A DNA stretch of 64,000 nucleotides from a bacterium (GCA_965204535.1 CBDBEV010000001.1:2656001-2720000); one strand, 5' to 3'; counted from the first letter of the stretch, positions 1 to 10,021 are shown. A program made the numbers and translations. Notes: generated from the letters alone by a model not told the origin.

Positions 1-310
1 GCGCCATGTGTCCCTCATCCTCGAGCCAGAGCGCCAAGCGGTATGAGAGCTTGTTGATCCAGGCTTCGTGCCCGTAATAGCCGAATTCGAGATAACCCAC
101 CGAAGGCCGGGGCGTGGCGTTGCCGAAGGGCATCCGGCGCGCGAAGACGACGACGCTTCTGGCGCCCTTCACCAGGTCTTGGGGCTTGCAGCCGGGGAGC
201 GCTTTCTCGTAGCCCTCGCACGAGGAAATGTTTACGAGGTCCGCGCCGAATTCACGGGCCTGCGCCTTGACGCCGCCTGAGGAAATCGCGGTGCTTGAGC
301 CGTTTTCCAT
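1..310 (-). CDS. QueG/reductive dehalogenase-like Fe-S protein, paralogue of 312..1214 (runs off window start)
   Basis: Translated by hand from ATG at 310: MENGSSTAISSGGVKAQAREFGADLVNISSCE...SVVVFARRMPFGNATPRPSVGYLEFGYY...INKLSYRLALWLEDEG. It aligns with the N-half of the neighbouring gene. Absent from the ORF track because it is truncated. Confidence 0.8.
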   Translation of the reverse strand, partial: MENGSSTAISSGGVKAQAREFGADLVNISSCEGYEKALPGCKPQDLVKGARSVVVFARRMPFGNATPRPSVGYLEFGYYGHEAWINKLSYRLALWLEDEGHMA

Positions 311-311
311 C

Positions 312-1214
312 CTAGGGATTCTCCAGCAGGGCCGGGTCGATGACCTTGAGCGCGTCTTCATCGGTCCAGGATTCGCGGTGAAAGGGATTATCCGCGAAAT
401 CGCGGCCCTGATCCATCGGGCAGAGCGCGATGCAGGTGCTGCATGGGTGCGGCGGGCTATCGGTGTAGGAGAGGCCCTTGGCCGCCATGATCATGGGCTT
501 GCCCCGGAACAGTTCCTTGAAATGGGTGAGGGCCTTTTCCGGCGCGACCAGATCCGGCCGGATGACCATGCAGCGGTAGTGATCCACGGTGCCGTCGCCG
601 GGCAGCGCGTTCGCGGGGCAGGCTTCCACGCAGCGAAAGCCGCATTCACGGCAGAACTCGGGTACCTCGCCGAACTGGTTGGGCGGGTCGGGCTCGAGCT
701 TCGCCTCGGTGAACACCGCGCCCAGGCGGACGCGGGAGCCGTACTCCTGCGTAATGAGGCAGTTGTTGGCGCCGATTTCGCCGAGACCGGCCTTGACCGC
801 CGCGAGACGCAAATCGAAGGAGCCGTGGAGGAAGACCCTGGGTTCGGCGCCTTCTTCTTCCACGCGGAAGTTCGTGATGTCGCGCCCGCACGGGGTGGCG
901 CCCGAGAGCCAGCCCGCGTCTTCGAGATAAAGCGAGAGGCGATAGCAGGCTTCGTTCAGGAAATTCTCGGGGATGTATTCGCCGAATTCCATCGCGCCGA
1001 TGCTCGGGTACGGCGTGGCCGCGGCGAAGGGGACGCGCTTGGCCACCACGATCACGCTGTTCGCCATGTTGAAGAGGTCTCTGGGTCGGCGGCCCGGCTG
1101 CGCTTCCGCGAAATCCTCCGCCGATGCGACCCCCGCGAGGTCGGCGCCCAGCTCACGGGCGAGACGCTTTACCTCTTGCGTATCAATGGGTTTTCGGGCC
1201 TCGGTTCGGTCCAT
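312..1214 (-). CDS. Epoxyqueuosine reductase (QueG)/reductive dehalogenase superfamily 4Fe-4S protein
   Basis: ARELGADLAGVA N-terminus, AAVKAGLGEIGANNCLITQEYGSRVRLGAVFT motif, Cys clusters CRECGFRCVEACP and CSTCIALCP. Start at 1214 chosen by similarity to the paralogue. Confidence 0.75.
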   Translation of the reverse strand: MDRTEARKPIDTQEVKRLARELGADLAGVASAEDFAEAQPGRRPRDLFNMANSVIVVAKRVPFAAATPYPSIGAMEFGEYIPENFLNEACYRLSLYLEDAGWLSGATPCGRDITNFRVEEEGAEPRVFLHGSFDLRLAAVKAGLGEIGANNCLITQEYGSRVRLGAVFTEAKLEPDPPNQFGEVPEFCRECGFRCVEACPANALPGDGTVDHYRCMVIRPDLVAPEKALTHFKELFRGKPMIMAAKGLSYTDSPPHPCSTCIALCPMDQGRDFADNPFHRESWTDEDALKVIDPALLENP

Positions 1215-1488
1215 GGGAACCCTCGGGTTTCCGGTGTCGGCTCCGTTCTGTGACCTGGAACCGCTTGCCCTCTCGCGGCATTCGCTTAAGGCCAAAGTCT
1301 TCATGCGAGAGGATGGATTGAATCTATCACAGCGGCGCGATGAGGCAAAATCGCATCATGCGGGCCGTTCGATGAGCTTTTGTGCGGAATGCGCGCATCT
1401 CCCCGCATTTGCGGTAATAGAGAGACTCAAGGACCATGGCAGAATCCCCCTGCGCTTGGGTGTCCCGGGCGCCATATCCCCGGAAAAT

Positions 1489-1540
1489 AATTTTCAGGAA
1501 TTTATCGAAAAACCTCGTGAATTTATCGATATTTATCGAA
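1489..1540. repeat. AT-rich non-coding element with three TTTATCGA motifs, copy 1
   Basis: 1489-1527 matches 38475-38513 at 36/39 nt, and the similarity extends through a further TTTATCGAA. Confidence 0.75.
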
Positions 1541-1893
1541 TTTTTCAGGAATTATTATTTGCATTTTGCGCCTTCCGCGTCTTGCCCGAGCGGCGGCCCG
1601 ATTTCTGCGGGCAGCACCCCTTCCGCCGCCTGAAAAACCGGAGGCCGACGGACGGGCCTCTCCAGCATACCCCGTCGACGCGAAAGACCCCCGGCGCCAA
1701 ATGCGGGGAATTGCAGGGGTCGCCTCTTCGTTCACCGGAGCCACTCTCTCGCCCGACACGGACGTCGCTCGTCAGGGTGCGCGTCCACTGACCCCGCATT
1801 GACACCGCACCCCCCGCGTGAAAGCATCGCGGAAAACATCACCAACCAAGCGGGCGCTCTTGCCGCCTCCCGCCTCTCGATAAGGAGAGAAAG

Positions 1894-2490
1894 ATGATTC
1901 GGCGTATCGCTCGGTGTGCGGCCGCGGCATGTCTCGCGGTTTTCGCGGCGCTCGCGTTCTTCTCGCATCATGCGCAAGGCATGGAAAAGCAAGTTGTCTT
2001 CATCAAGGCGTTTTATCCCCTGGATGAGCCGAGGTTTCACTGCATCGACATCCCCGGCCACCGCGACCGCGTGAGAACCACAGCCGCCCTCGTCGTGCAT
2101 ACCTGCAAGGAGGGCATCTGGAATCTCGATGGGCAGTTCGACCCCGCCGCTGTAAAGAAGGGCATGCTCCGGATGCCCGAATACGATCTGTGCGTCGCGG
2201 CGGCCTCCCCGACCGACGGCGCGAAGCTCGTGCTCAAAAAATGCGGCGGCGCGGCTCTCCAGAACTGGCGCTTCGAGAACTACCGCCTGAGCTTAAAGGC
2301 GCATCCCGACAAGTGCATCACCATCGGTCCCGAGCCGTCGCGCCTCACGCGGGGCGGGCGCAGGCTGCCGAGCCGGCACATGGCGCGCTCCCTCGCCCTC
2401 GGGACGTGCTCCGAAGAAGCGCTCGAGAGACAGCTCTGGCGGCTGGAGCGGCCCATGCGGCGCACCGGCTCCATCATGCCGTTCAAGTAG
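1894..2490 (+). CDS. Secreted ricin-B (beta-trefoil) lectin-like protein
   Basis: Signal peptide; repeated CID/LCV/KCI motifs and QxW motifs (LQNWRF, RQLWRL). TTGACA at 1799 is a possible -35. Confidence 0.65.
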   Translation: MIRRIARCAAAACLAVFAALAFFSHHAQGMEKQVVFIKAFYPLDEPRFHCIDIPGHRDRVRTTAALVVHTCKEGIWNLDGQFDPAAVKKGMLRMPEYDLCVAAASPTDGAKLVLKKCGGAALQNWRFENYRLSLKAHPDKCITIGPEPSRLTRGGRRLPSRHMARSLALGTCSEEALERQLWRLERPMRRTGSIMPFK

Positions 2491-2508
2491 GGCGAGGCGC
2501 GCCAATTC

Positions 2509-2866
2509 CTCATCCTGAGCAGGCGCGCAAGCGCCGTATCGAAGGATGGGGGGCGCATTTCTCCGGCGGGCGCGAATTTCGCCCTTCGACAGGCTCAGGA
2601 CAGGCCCCTTCGATACGCCGCCTTCGGCGGCTACTCAGGGTGAGGGGCGTCGGGCAACGGCGGAGCCTGTCCCGAGCGAAGTCGAGGGGCCGCTACTCAG
2701 GGTGAGGCGGAGAGGCAGGCCACGCAAAACGGGGGGAGGGTTCGAGGCCGAACCGAATCCTCCCGCATCATCTAAACATGGGTTTGCAACAACCCCGAAG
2801 AGGGAGGAATTGTTCCGAGCGGGGTGGATGATGATTTTGTAGGGACAGGTCGCGACCTGTCCCTAC
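2509..2866. repeat. Intergenic repeat cluster (CCCTTCGACAGGCTCAGG-type hairpins plus GTAG REP palindrome)
   Basis: CCCTTCGACAGGCTCAGG at 2582 and CCGAGCGAAGTCGAGGG at ~2672; GCTACTCAGGGTGAGG twice; perfect 28-bp palindrome GTAGGGACAGGTCGCGACCTGTCCCTAC at 2839-2866. Confidence 0.85.
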
Positions 2867-2929
2867 GATATGATGTGAAGCTCATCATTCGTTTGGTTTT
2901 GCGATGTTACGACGAGGAGGACTTACGCC

Positions 2930-5284
2930 ATGTTTTTCCGCAAGAACATGCCCATGAACAGACTATCCGTTTTCGCCCTGACGGCGCTCCTGGCGCTGGG
3001 GCCTGCGGGATGCGGCGGCGGTGGGGGCGGCGGCCCGACCGTGGGCGCCCCGCCCGCCAAAATGCCGGACCAGCCGCAATCCGGAGGGATCACACGGAGC
3101 CCGATCAACGTACTGCCCCACCCCAGAGGCGTCGGGAACGTCGCCTCGCTCCCTTGGGAGGACGTGCGTCTTCCCACGCGGCAGGGCGTGCGGCAGCGTC
3201 TTCTGCTCGCCAAGGCGGGGAATGCAGGGACCAAGGCCGTGATTCTCTTCATGGGCGGCGCGGGAACGCCGATTACGCGGGAGAGGGACCACAGACTCAG
3301 CGGCAATTTTCTGGTGAGAAGCTCAGCACTTTTCGCCGAGGCGCGCTTCGTCACGGCCATCATCGACGCTCCTTCGGACAGGAGCGAAGGCATAGAATTT
3401 TCATTCAGGTGGTCGAGTCAGCATCATGCGGATGTGCGTGCGGTGGTGGATTTTCTGGTGAGCGAGGGCGCGCGTGAGGTGTACCTAATCGGTACGAGCA
3501 ACGGCTCGATGTCCGTCGCATATCTGGCCTCTGTGATTACGCATCCGAGAGTCGCGGGCTATGTTCTGACCGCAAGCGGGAAGTCGATAGTGTCTTATGC
3601 AAGCGCAATCAGAGACCCCGTCCTGATGGTGCATCACACGGACGACTTGTGCCCCGGTACGCAGTTTTCGGATGCACAGACTACATTCAACGCGATCACG
3701 AACAGCCCGCGCAAGGAGTTCGTCTCCGTGAGCGGAGGGGATCCGCAGAGAAGCCCCAGTGTTTGCCAGGCGCAGACAGCGCACGGGTTCCTGGGCAAGG
3801 AGCGCGAGACGGTGGGGGCCATCGTCGAATGGATGAACACGGGAACGGTGACGAAGATGAACCTGCTCACGGCGGATGACGCGCCCGCGCCGCACAAGGC
3901 GTGGCTCGCGCGCTTCGGGCGGGCGGCGGCGGAGCACGTCACCGGGGCCATCGGCGACAGGATGCGCGGAGCGCCGAACGCTCGCCTGACGCTGGGTGGT
4001 CAGGATATCGATTTGGCAGGCTCCCCCCTCCCTCTGGCGGAGGCTGATGCCGGCGCGCGCCTCGCGGGGGATCTGCTTGAGGAACATAACGGAGACGCCC
4101 TCACGGGGCGCGAGATGTCGATGAGTGAGTTTCTGCTCGCGAGTTCCTTTCATCTGGCCTCTGCGGAGGGGAGTGATTCCGGCGGGGGCTGGTCGTTCTG
4201 GGGTGGCGCGGCGCGCTCGGGCTTCGACGCGAAAGAGGGCGCGCTCGCGCTGGACGGCGACGTCACGACCGCCACGCTGGGCTTCGACTTGGAACGCGAG
4301 CGGTGGCTGGCCGGCGTGGCGCTCTCGCGCAGCGCGGGAGAGGGTGAATTCCGCATCGGTGGAACCTGCGCTTCGGGCTGCGGCGGCGAACTCGAGAGTA
4401 CGCTCACCGGCGCCTATCCCTATGCGCGCTATCGCTTCAGCGAGCGCCTCTCGGCCTGGGGAATACTCGGCCACGGGCGCGGGGAGTTGACGCTCACCAC
4501 GGGGGGAGGGAGTCCCGCCGAGACCGACATCGAGATGAACATGGCGTCTTTAGGTGCGCGCGGCGTGCTGCTGCCCGCCGTGAGCAAGGGAGATTTCGAA
4601 CTTGCGCTTCGCTCGGACGCGCTGATGACGTGGACGAGTTCCGAAGCAACTCAAGACCTCGCCGAGGCCGATACGGAGACGAGCCGCCTTAGGCTCGCGC
4701 TCGAAGCTTCGCGTGAGTTCGGGCTCGCCTCGGGCGCGAGTCTCGCGCCCTCCATCGAGGTGGGCCTTCGCTACGACGGCGGCGACGCCGAGACGGGAGG
4801 CGGCGTCGAGGTCGGCGGCGGGCTTCGCTACGCGGGTTCGGGCTTCACGGTACAGGTGAGCGCCAGAGGACTGCTGGCGCATGCGGATAGCGATTATGAG
4901 GAATGGGGTGTGAGCGGCTCGGTGCGCCTCGCTCCGGGCGAGGGGGGACGCGGGTTGTCCATGCGGCTGGGTTCTTCCTGGGGCGCTCCGGCGGGCGGAG
5001 CGGAACAGCTCTGGGCCGGGCGGGGCGCGGCGGGTTTAATCGGAAACGGAGAATTCGAACCGGGCGCACGCCTGGACGCGGAGGTGGGCTACGGTCTGGA
5101 CGGCATGGGCGGCCTCCTCACCCCCTACGGCGGGGTGTCGCTCTCAGAAAGCGGACAGAACTACCGTGCGGGCGGGCGCTTCCGTCTCGGGGAGAGCCTG
5201 AGCATGAGTCTGGAGGGCGAGCGCCGCGAAGGTGCGAAAGACATCGAACACGGCTTGGCGCTTCGCGGCTCCCTGCGCTGGTAG
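2930..5284 (+). CDS. Lipoprotein-anchored autotransporter with alpha/beta-hydrolase passenger
   Basis: Lipobox-like PAGC followed by poly-Gly; GTSNG nucleophile elbow, DDLC and AHGF; C-terminal beta-barrel (AWLARFGR... ending LRGSLRW). Confidence 0.8.
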   Translation: MFFRKNMPMNRLSVFALTALLALGPAGCGGGGGGGPTVGAPPAKMPDQPQSGGITRSPINVLPHPRGVGNVASLPWEDVRLPTRQGVRQRLLLAKAGNAGTKAVILFMGGAGTPITRERDHRLSGNFLVRSSALFAEARFVTAIIDAPSDRSEGIEFSFRWSSQHHADVRAVVDFLVSEGAREVYLIGTSNGSMSVAYLASVITHPRVAGYVLTASGKSIVSYASAIRDPVLMVHHTDDLCPGTQFSDAQTTFNAITNSPRKEFVSVSGGDPQRSPSVCQAQTAHGFLGKERETVGAIVEWMNTGTVTKMNLLTADDAPAPHKAWLARFGRAAAEHVTGAIGDRMRGAPNARLTLGGQDIDLAGSPLPLAEADAGARLAGDLLEEHNGDALTGREMSMSEFLLASSFHLASAEGSDSGGGWSFWGGAARSGFDAKEGALALDGDVTTATLGFDLERERWLAGVALSRSAGEGEFRIGGTCASGCGGELESTLTGAYPYARYRFSERLSAWGILGHGRGELTLTTGGGSPAETDIEMNMASLGARGVLLPAVSKGDFELALRSDALMTWTSSEATQDLAEADTETSRLRLALEASREFGLASGASLAPSIEVGLRYDGGDAETGGGVEVGGGLRYAGSGFTVQVSARGLLAHADSDYEEWGVSGSVRLAPGEGGRGLSMRLGSSWGAPAGGAEQLWAGRGAAGLIGNGEFEPGARLDAEVGYGLDGMGGLLTPYGGVSLSESGQNYRAGGRFRLGESLSMSLEGERREGAKDIEHGLALRGSLRW

Positions 5285-5381
5285 GTCGATTCCGACTGGG
5301 CAGGGGCTTTTTCAACAATCCCATGCGGCCCTTACAGCGTAATGACGATCTGTAAACGGAATGCGTCCGTGAACGCCCTCC

Positions 5382-6206
5382 CTACCTCTTCTCCGCCGAG
5401 ATGAGCCTCGCCTGCATGGGCACCGCGATGGTTCCGTCGCTCTCGTACTCGCGCAGCATCCCGACCAGCGCTTCGCGTATCTTCTCTCTCGCTTCGGCCG
5501 TCTGGGAGGCGAGGCGAGAGGCCGTGCGCACGGTGGATTTCTCAAAGACCTCGATGATGCGGGCCGGCTCTTGCGCTTCCATGTACAGGGTGAATCCTGC
5601 GATCTCGGGCGCGGAGAAGCCCGCCGCCGTCATGACGCGCGCGCATTTTTCATCGTCTTCCAGGAAGGGATCGGGCGGGCCGGCCACGAGAGGCACGTCC
5701 GGGTCGCCGTGCTCTTTAATCGCCCGCGCCATCAAGGAGCGGTGGCCCGCGTCGTGCGTCCAGGCGGTGAAGGCGAGCTTTCCGCCCGATTTCAAGACGC
5801 GGGCCGTTTCGGCCAGCGCGACTTCCGGGTAGGGGAAGTGCAGGAAGCCGAAGTTGCTTGCCACGGCGTCGAAGCGTTCGTCTTCAAAGGGCATGTCCTC
5901 CGCGTCGCAGTGCCGGAACTCCGCCCCCGGCCAGCGGCGCGCGGCCTCGGCCAGCATGTCGTCGGCGAAATCCGCCCCCACCACCGTGCAGCCGCGCATG
6001 AGCGCCCCCGCGGAGACGACCCCCGTCCCGCAGGCGAGGTCGAGCAGGCGCGTCCCGAAGCGCGCGTCTACGGCGTCCAGCAGCGTGGGAACCGCCTGCG
6101 CCGTGATGACGCCGAAGAGATCGTTGTATTCCCCCGCCGCGCCGTTCCAGCCGGTGCGCTCGAACTCGCGGAAGGCTTCGGGGTCGTACCCGGATGTTTC
6201 ATTCAT
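5382..6206 (-). CDS. Class I SAM-dependent methyltransferase
   Basis: LLDLACGTG motif, DAEDMPFEDERFDAV, ARVLKSGG. Alternative GTG start at 6233. Confidence 0.85.
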   Translation of the reverse strand: MNETSGYDPEAFREFERTGWNGAAGEYNDLFGVITAQAVPTLLDAVDARFGTRLLDLACGTGVVSAGALMRGCTVVGADFADDMLAEAARRWPGAEFRHCDAEDMPFEDERFDAVASNFGFLHFPYPEVALAETARVLKSGGKLAFTAWTHDAGHRSLMARAIKEHGDPDVPLVAGPPDPFLEDDEKCARVMTAAGFSAPEIAGFTLYMEAQEPARIIEVFEKSTVRTASRLASQTAEAREKIREALVGMLREYESDGTIAVPMQARLISAEKR

Positions 6207-6229
6207 GCGATGTCTCCCAGATTCTCGCC

Positions 6230-7633
6230 TCACCGGTCGCCGCGCGCCACCAGGTCCACGCCGTCCGTACCGATGATCTCACACGCGATGATCTCCCCCG
6301 GCTCGGCCTCCGTCTCGTGCAGGAAAACCTCGCCGTCCACTTCCGGGGCCTGGAGCCGCGTCCGCCCGCGCAGGAGACCCTCTCCCGTCAGGCTCTCGAC
6401 GAGCACCTGCGTCTTCTGGCCGATGAGCGCTTCACTCTCCTCGGCCATGATGCGCTCCTGAAGCGCGAGCAGGCGCGCCATGCGCTCGCTCGCGAGTTCG
6501 GCGGGCACCTGATCGGGCAGCCGCGCCGCGATGGAGCGGTCCTCGGGCGAGAAGACGAAGCCGCCCAGCCGCGCGAAGCGCGTCTCCTCGACGAAGTCGA
6601 GCAGGCGTTCGAAATCCGCATCCGTCTCCCCCGGAAAGCCGACGAGCATGGTGGTCCTGAGCGCGCAGCCGGGCACTTTTTCCTTGATGCGCGATACGAG
6701 TTCGCGCGTTCCTTCTTCATCTATGCCCCGCCGCATGGCGTCGAGCACCGGCGTGGCGACGTGCTGGAGCGGCATGTCGATGTACTCGCACACCTTGGGC
6801 AATTCGCGGTAGGCGTCGAGCAGTTCGTCCGTCACCCCGCGCGGGTAGTTGTAGAGCACGCGGATCCACTCGAGGCCATCCACGTCGTTCAACTCCTCCA
6901 GCAGCCTTGCGAGGGAGAAGCCGAGTCCCAAGTCGACGCCGTAGCTCGTTATCTCCTGCGCGAGCAGGTTCACTTCCCGAACGCCCGCCTCGGCCAGCGC
7001 GCCCGCTTCCTCCACCACCAGTTCGAGCGGGCGCGAGCGGAACCTGCCGCGGAACCTGGGGATCACGCAGAAGGTGCAGGGGCGTGAGCAGCCCTCGGCG
7101 ACTTTGAGATACGCGCTCGGCCCCGGCTCCGCGAGGATGCGCGGCAGCCTCCTGCCGTAGTCCATCAGGGTGTCCGAGAACGCCTCGCGCGCGCCGCCGC
7201 GCTCCCCGCCCAGCAGCGCGGGCAACCGGTCGTACTCGCGCGTCCCGATGAACAGGTCCACCTCGGGCAGGCCCTGGGCGAGTTCCCCCCGGTAGCGCTC
7301 GGCCAGGCAGCCGGCCACGACGAGGGTTTCGAGACCGCCCGCAACTTTAAGCTGGGCGACTTCCAGAATCGTGTCGATGGATTCTCGCTTCGCGTCCTCG
7401 ATGAAGCCGCACGTGTTCACGATGGCGACCTGCGCGTCTTCTGCGTCGCTCACGAGCCTGTAGCCCGCGCCCGCGAGGGCGGCGAGCATGATCTCCGAAT
7501 CCACCGTGTTCTTGGCGCAGCCGAGCGATATGAGTGCGGCGCCGGGCGCTTCGGGCCCCAGGGGAACAGGCGCGTCGCGCCGCACGAGGGGCATCTCGGA
7601 GATGGGCTGGATTTGCAGGAGGTTTTCGCTCAT
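6230..7633 (-). CDS. rimO: Ribosomal protein S12 methylthiotransferase RimO
   Basis: SLGCAKNTVDSE, VNTCGFIEDAKRESI, CSRPCTFC radical SAM motif, C-terminal TRAM with QAPEVDG. Confidence 0.93.
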   Translation of the reverse strand: MSENLLQIQPISEMPLVRRDAPVPLGPEAPGAALISLGCAKNTVDSEIMLAALAGAGYRLVSDAEDAQVAIVNTCGFIEDAKRESIDTILEVAQLKVAGGLETLVVAGCLAERYRGELAQGLPEVDLFIGTREYDRLPALLGGERGGAREAFSDTLMDYGRRLPRILAEPGPSAYLKVAEGCSRPCTFCVIPRFRGRFRSRPLELVVEEAGALAEAGVREVNLLAQEITSYGVDLGLGFSLARLLEELNDVDGLEWIRVLYNYPRGVTDELLDAYRELPKVCEYIDMPLQHVATPVLDAMRRGIDEEGTRELVSRIKEKVPGCALRTTMLVGFPGETDADFERLLDFVEETRFARLGGFVFSPEDRSIAARLPDQVPAELASERMARLLALQERIMAEESEALIGQKTQVLVESLTGEGLLRGRTRLQAPEVDGEVFLHETEAEPGEIIACEIIGTDGVDLVARGDR

Positions 7634-8955
7634 CGAGCGGCCCCCGCCTTCGAACCTTTGGGATCGATGTGCCATTCCTCCCTGGGCCGGTTGAAATAGC
7701 GGATGGCCACGCCGGGCAGTTCCTCCCGGTAGACCTCCAGCATACGCGCCATGCCCATCGCCTCGCCCATATCGCCGACCTCGGGCAGGGTGTCGAGATA
7801 GAGCGCGGGGTCGATGCAGAGGTTTTTCATCTGGATCACGTGCAGGCCCGTTCGCGCCGCGAGCGCGAGGGTCGCCTCGACCTCGGCTTCCAGGTCCGTG
7901 ACGCCGGGGAAGACCAGGTAGTTGATCTGCGTGTAAAGCCCTGCGTCGACGGCGGCCTTCACGCAGTCCTCTAAGTCGGAGAAATCATACGTCTCGGGCC
8001 GGTAATAGGCGTGGTGCCACTCGGGCGTCGTGCTGTTCGTGCTGATTCGGATGCTCTCCAGGCCCGCATGGGCCAGGCGCTCCATCCATTCGGGCCGGCT
8101 GCCGTTCGTGTTGAGGTGGAGGGTGCCGCGCTCCGTCCGCTCGCGGATGATTCGGCAGGCGCGCTCGATGACGCCCGCCTGGAGAAGCGGCTCGCCTTCG
8201 CAGCCCTGGCCGAAACTCGCGACGGCCATTTCGGCGCCTTCGAGGTGGGGGAGGGCGATCTCGCAAAGCTCTTCCGGCGTCGGGACGATCTCGATGCGCC
8301 GGTGGCTCGCCGGGAAAAGGTCGTCCGTCTGGAGCGATATGCACCCCCGGCAGTCCGCGTTGCAGAGCGGGGCGATGGGCAGGCCCATCTCCCAGCGGCG
8401 GGCGAAGAAGTTTTTCGCGGCGAAGCAGTGGAACTCCCGCGCGCAGCGCGCGAGGTGGGGGATCATTCGGTTTTCGGGGTGGGCGTCGCGCATCCGCTCG
8501 ATCCGCCCCGATAATCCTGTGTCGTCGTATTCCTCGGGTTCCCAGCGCGGGCAGTCGTCCACGCGTAGGGCGGCGCAGACGAATTCTTCTGTCTCTTCAT
8601 CGAAGCCGAGAGCGGTGTAGGCCCAAAGGGGTAGCACCGCCGCGCCGGGGTCTCTCTCGGCGAAGGGGAGCAGGGTGCGCATCCAGCCGGGGGAGGGAAA
8701 TGTGCAGGCGGCCTGCAACGGGGTTGGCCCGTCGCCCCAGTCGGCTTCTTCCACACTCACGAGCGCGTCCTCTTCCGGGTCGCCGCCGACGGGAACGCTG
8801 TCCGGGATGGTGAAGAACTTGCTCCCCGCCGGCAGGGGGGAGAGTTCAGAGGGATCGGGCGCCACGGGTTCGCTCCCCTGTGCGCCCACCATCTCGAACT
8901 CGGGGTGTTCGAACAGGTTGCCCTCGGCGTCCGCGACCACCATCAATGGCGACAT
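7630..8955 (-). CDS. Radical SAM protein of unknown function, translationally coupled to rimO
   Basis: CNADCRGC motif, SFGQGCEGEPLL, HLNTNG; ATGA overlap with the rimO start. Confidence 0.85.
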   Translation of the reverse strand: MSPLMVVADAEGNLFEHPEFEMVGAQGSEPVAPDPSELSPLPAGSKFFTIPDSVPVGGDPEEDALVSVEEADWGDGPTPLQAACTFPSPGWMRTLLPFAERDPGAAVLPLWAYTALGFDEETEEFVCAALRVDDCPRWEPEEYDDTGLSGRIERMRDAHPENRMIPHLARCAREFHCFAAKNFFARRWEMGLPIAPLCNADCRGCISLQTDDLFPASHRRIEIVPTPEELCEIALPHLEGAEMAVASFGQGCEGEPLLQAGVIERACRIIRERTERGTLHLNTNGSRPEWMERLAHAGLESIRISTNSTTPEWHHAYYRPETYDFSDLEDCVKAAVDAGLYTQINYLVFPGVTDLEAEVEATLALAARTGLHVIQMKNLCIDPALYLDTLPEVGDMGEAMGMARMLEVYREELPGVAIRYFNRPREEWHIDPKGSKAGAAR

Positions 8956-9169
8956 GGGTTTCCGTCTCCTGAAAAGAGGAGGGCTTATGAGAGATTCCGC
9001 CTCCTCGCACCGAGGCCATAACCTAGCAGAACTCGCCCACCCCCCGCCAGCTTGCGGCCCTTGCCAGCGGCCCCTGGTTTCGCAATACTTGGAGCTTCTC
9101 TCCATTCATGGGATGGGGATTTCTTTTTCAAAGACGAACCGCGATCCCGCAAGACGGAGGTGCGCCCAC

Positions 9170-10000
9170 GTGAGTCCCGAAGAACAACTTTCCCGAGTCG
9201 CCCTGGTGAAATCGGAAACCGAGCGCCTCTCGGCCTACTGGCGCGGTTTTTCGGACGCGCGCTGGGAGATGGAGACGTTCTGCCCCGGCTGGCAGGCGCA
9301 GCACGCCGTCTCCCATCTGGCGACGGGGGCGGATTTTTACACGAACTCGATCCGCCGGGCGCTGGAGGGACTGCCGCCCGAACCGCCCTACGGCAGCAAC
9401 GTGAAGGAGTTCTTCGCCATCCGCGCCGCCAAGGGCGAGGAACTCATGGCTTTGCCCCGCGATGAGATGATGGATGCGTTCGACGCCTCGGCCGCCGGGG
9501 TGAACGATGCGCTTGCGGAGGTCACGGCGGAAGACATCGCCAAGCTCGGCTTTCACCCCCGGGGCCTGACGCGGCTGGACGCCTGGATCGGGCTGAGACT
9601 CGTCGAACTCGTGGCGCACGACTGGGACGTCCGCTACGGGGAAGACGCGGAAGCATGCGTCTCCGAAAACGCCCTGGAGGGCATCATGAGCTTCCTCCCC
9701 GCGAGCCAGAACCGCCTGTTCGGCGTCCGCGAGAACCCGCCCTTCGACGGGCGCTTTCTGTTCCGCTCGAAAACGCCGGACCGGGAGTGGACGATCACCG
9801 TCGCCGGTGAGAAGGCGGAGGAATCCGCCCACACGTCCGGTTCGCACGACGCCGTCATCACCGCGGACGGCGAGGCGCATTTTCTTTTGCTCTACGGGCG
9901 CGCGAAGCGCGGCGCCATGGAGGACGCGGGCCGCCTCGAAGTCGAGGGGAACGCGGAGCTGGCGAACGAACTTTTATGCGTTTTATATACGAATTATTGA
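9170..10000 (+). CDS. Maleylpyruvate isomerase (MDMPI/DinB superfamily, TIGR03083-like) protein
   Basis: ETFCPGWQAQHAVSHL and ELVAHDWDV motifs; SCP2-like C-terminus. GTG start inferred after GGAG. Confidence 0.75.
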   Translation: MSPEEQLSRVALVKSETERLSAYWRGFSDARWEMETFCPGWQAQHAVSHLATGADFYTNSIRRALEGLPPEPPYGSNVKEFFAIRAAKGEELMALPRDEMMDAFDASAAGVNDALAEVTAEDIAKLGFHPRGLTRLDAWIGLRLVELVAHDWDVRYGEDAEACVSENALEGIMSFLPASQNRLFGVRENPPFDGRFLFRSKTPDREWTITVAGEKAEESAHTSGSHDAVITADGEAHFLLLYGRAKRGAMEDAGRLEVEGNAELANELLCVLYTNY

Positions 10001-10021
10001 TCCCAAAGGAGCAAACCCTTC

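Noticed and set aside
1489-1540. TTTATCGA boxes as DnaA boxes or oriC
   Set aside because: They do not match TTATCCACA, occur at two separate loci, and have no dnaA/dnaN context.
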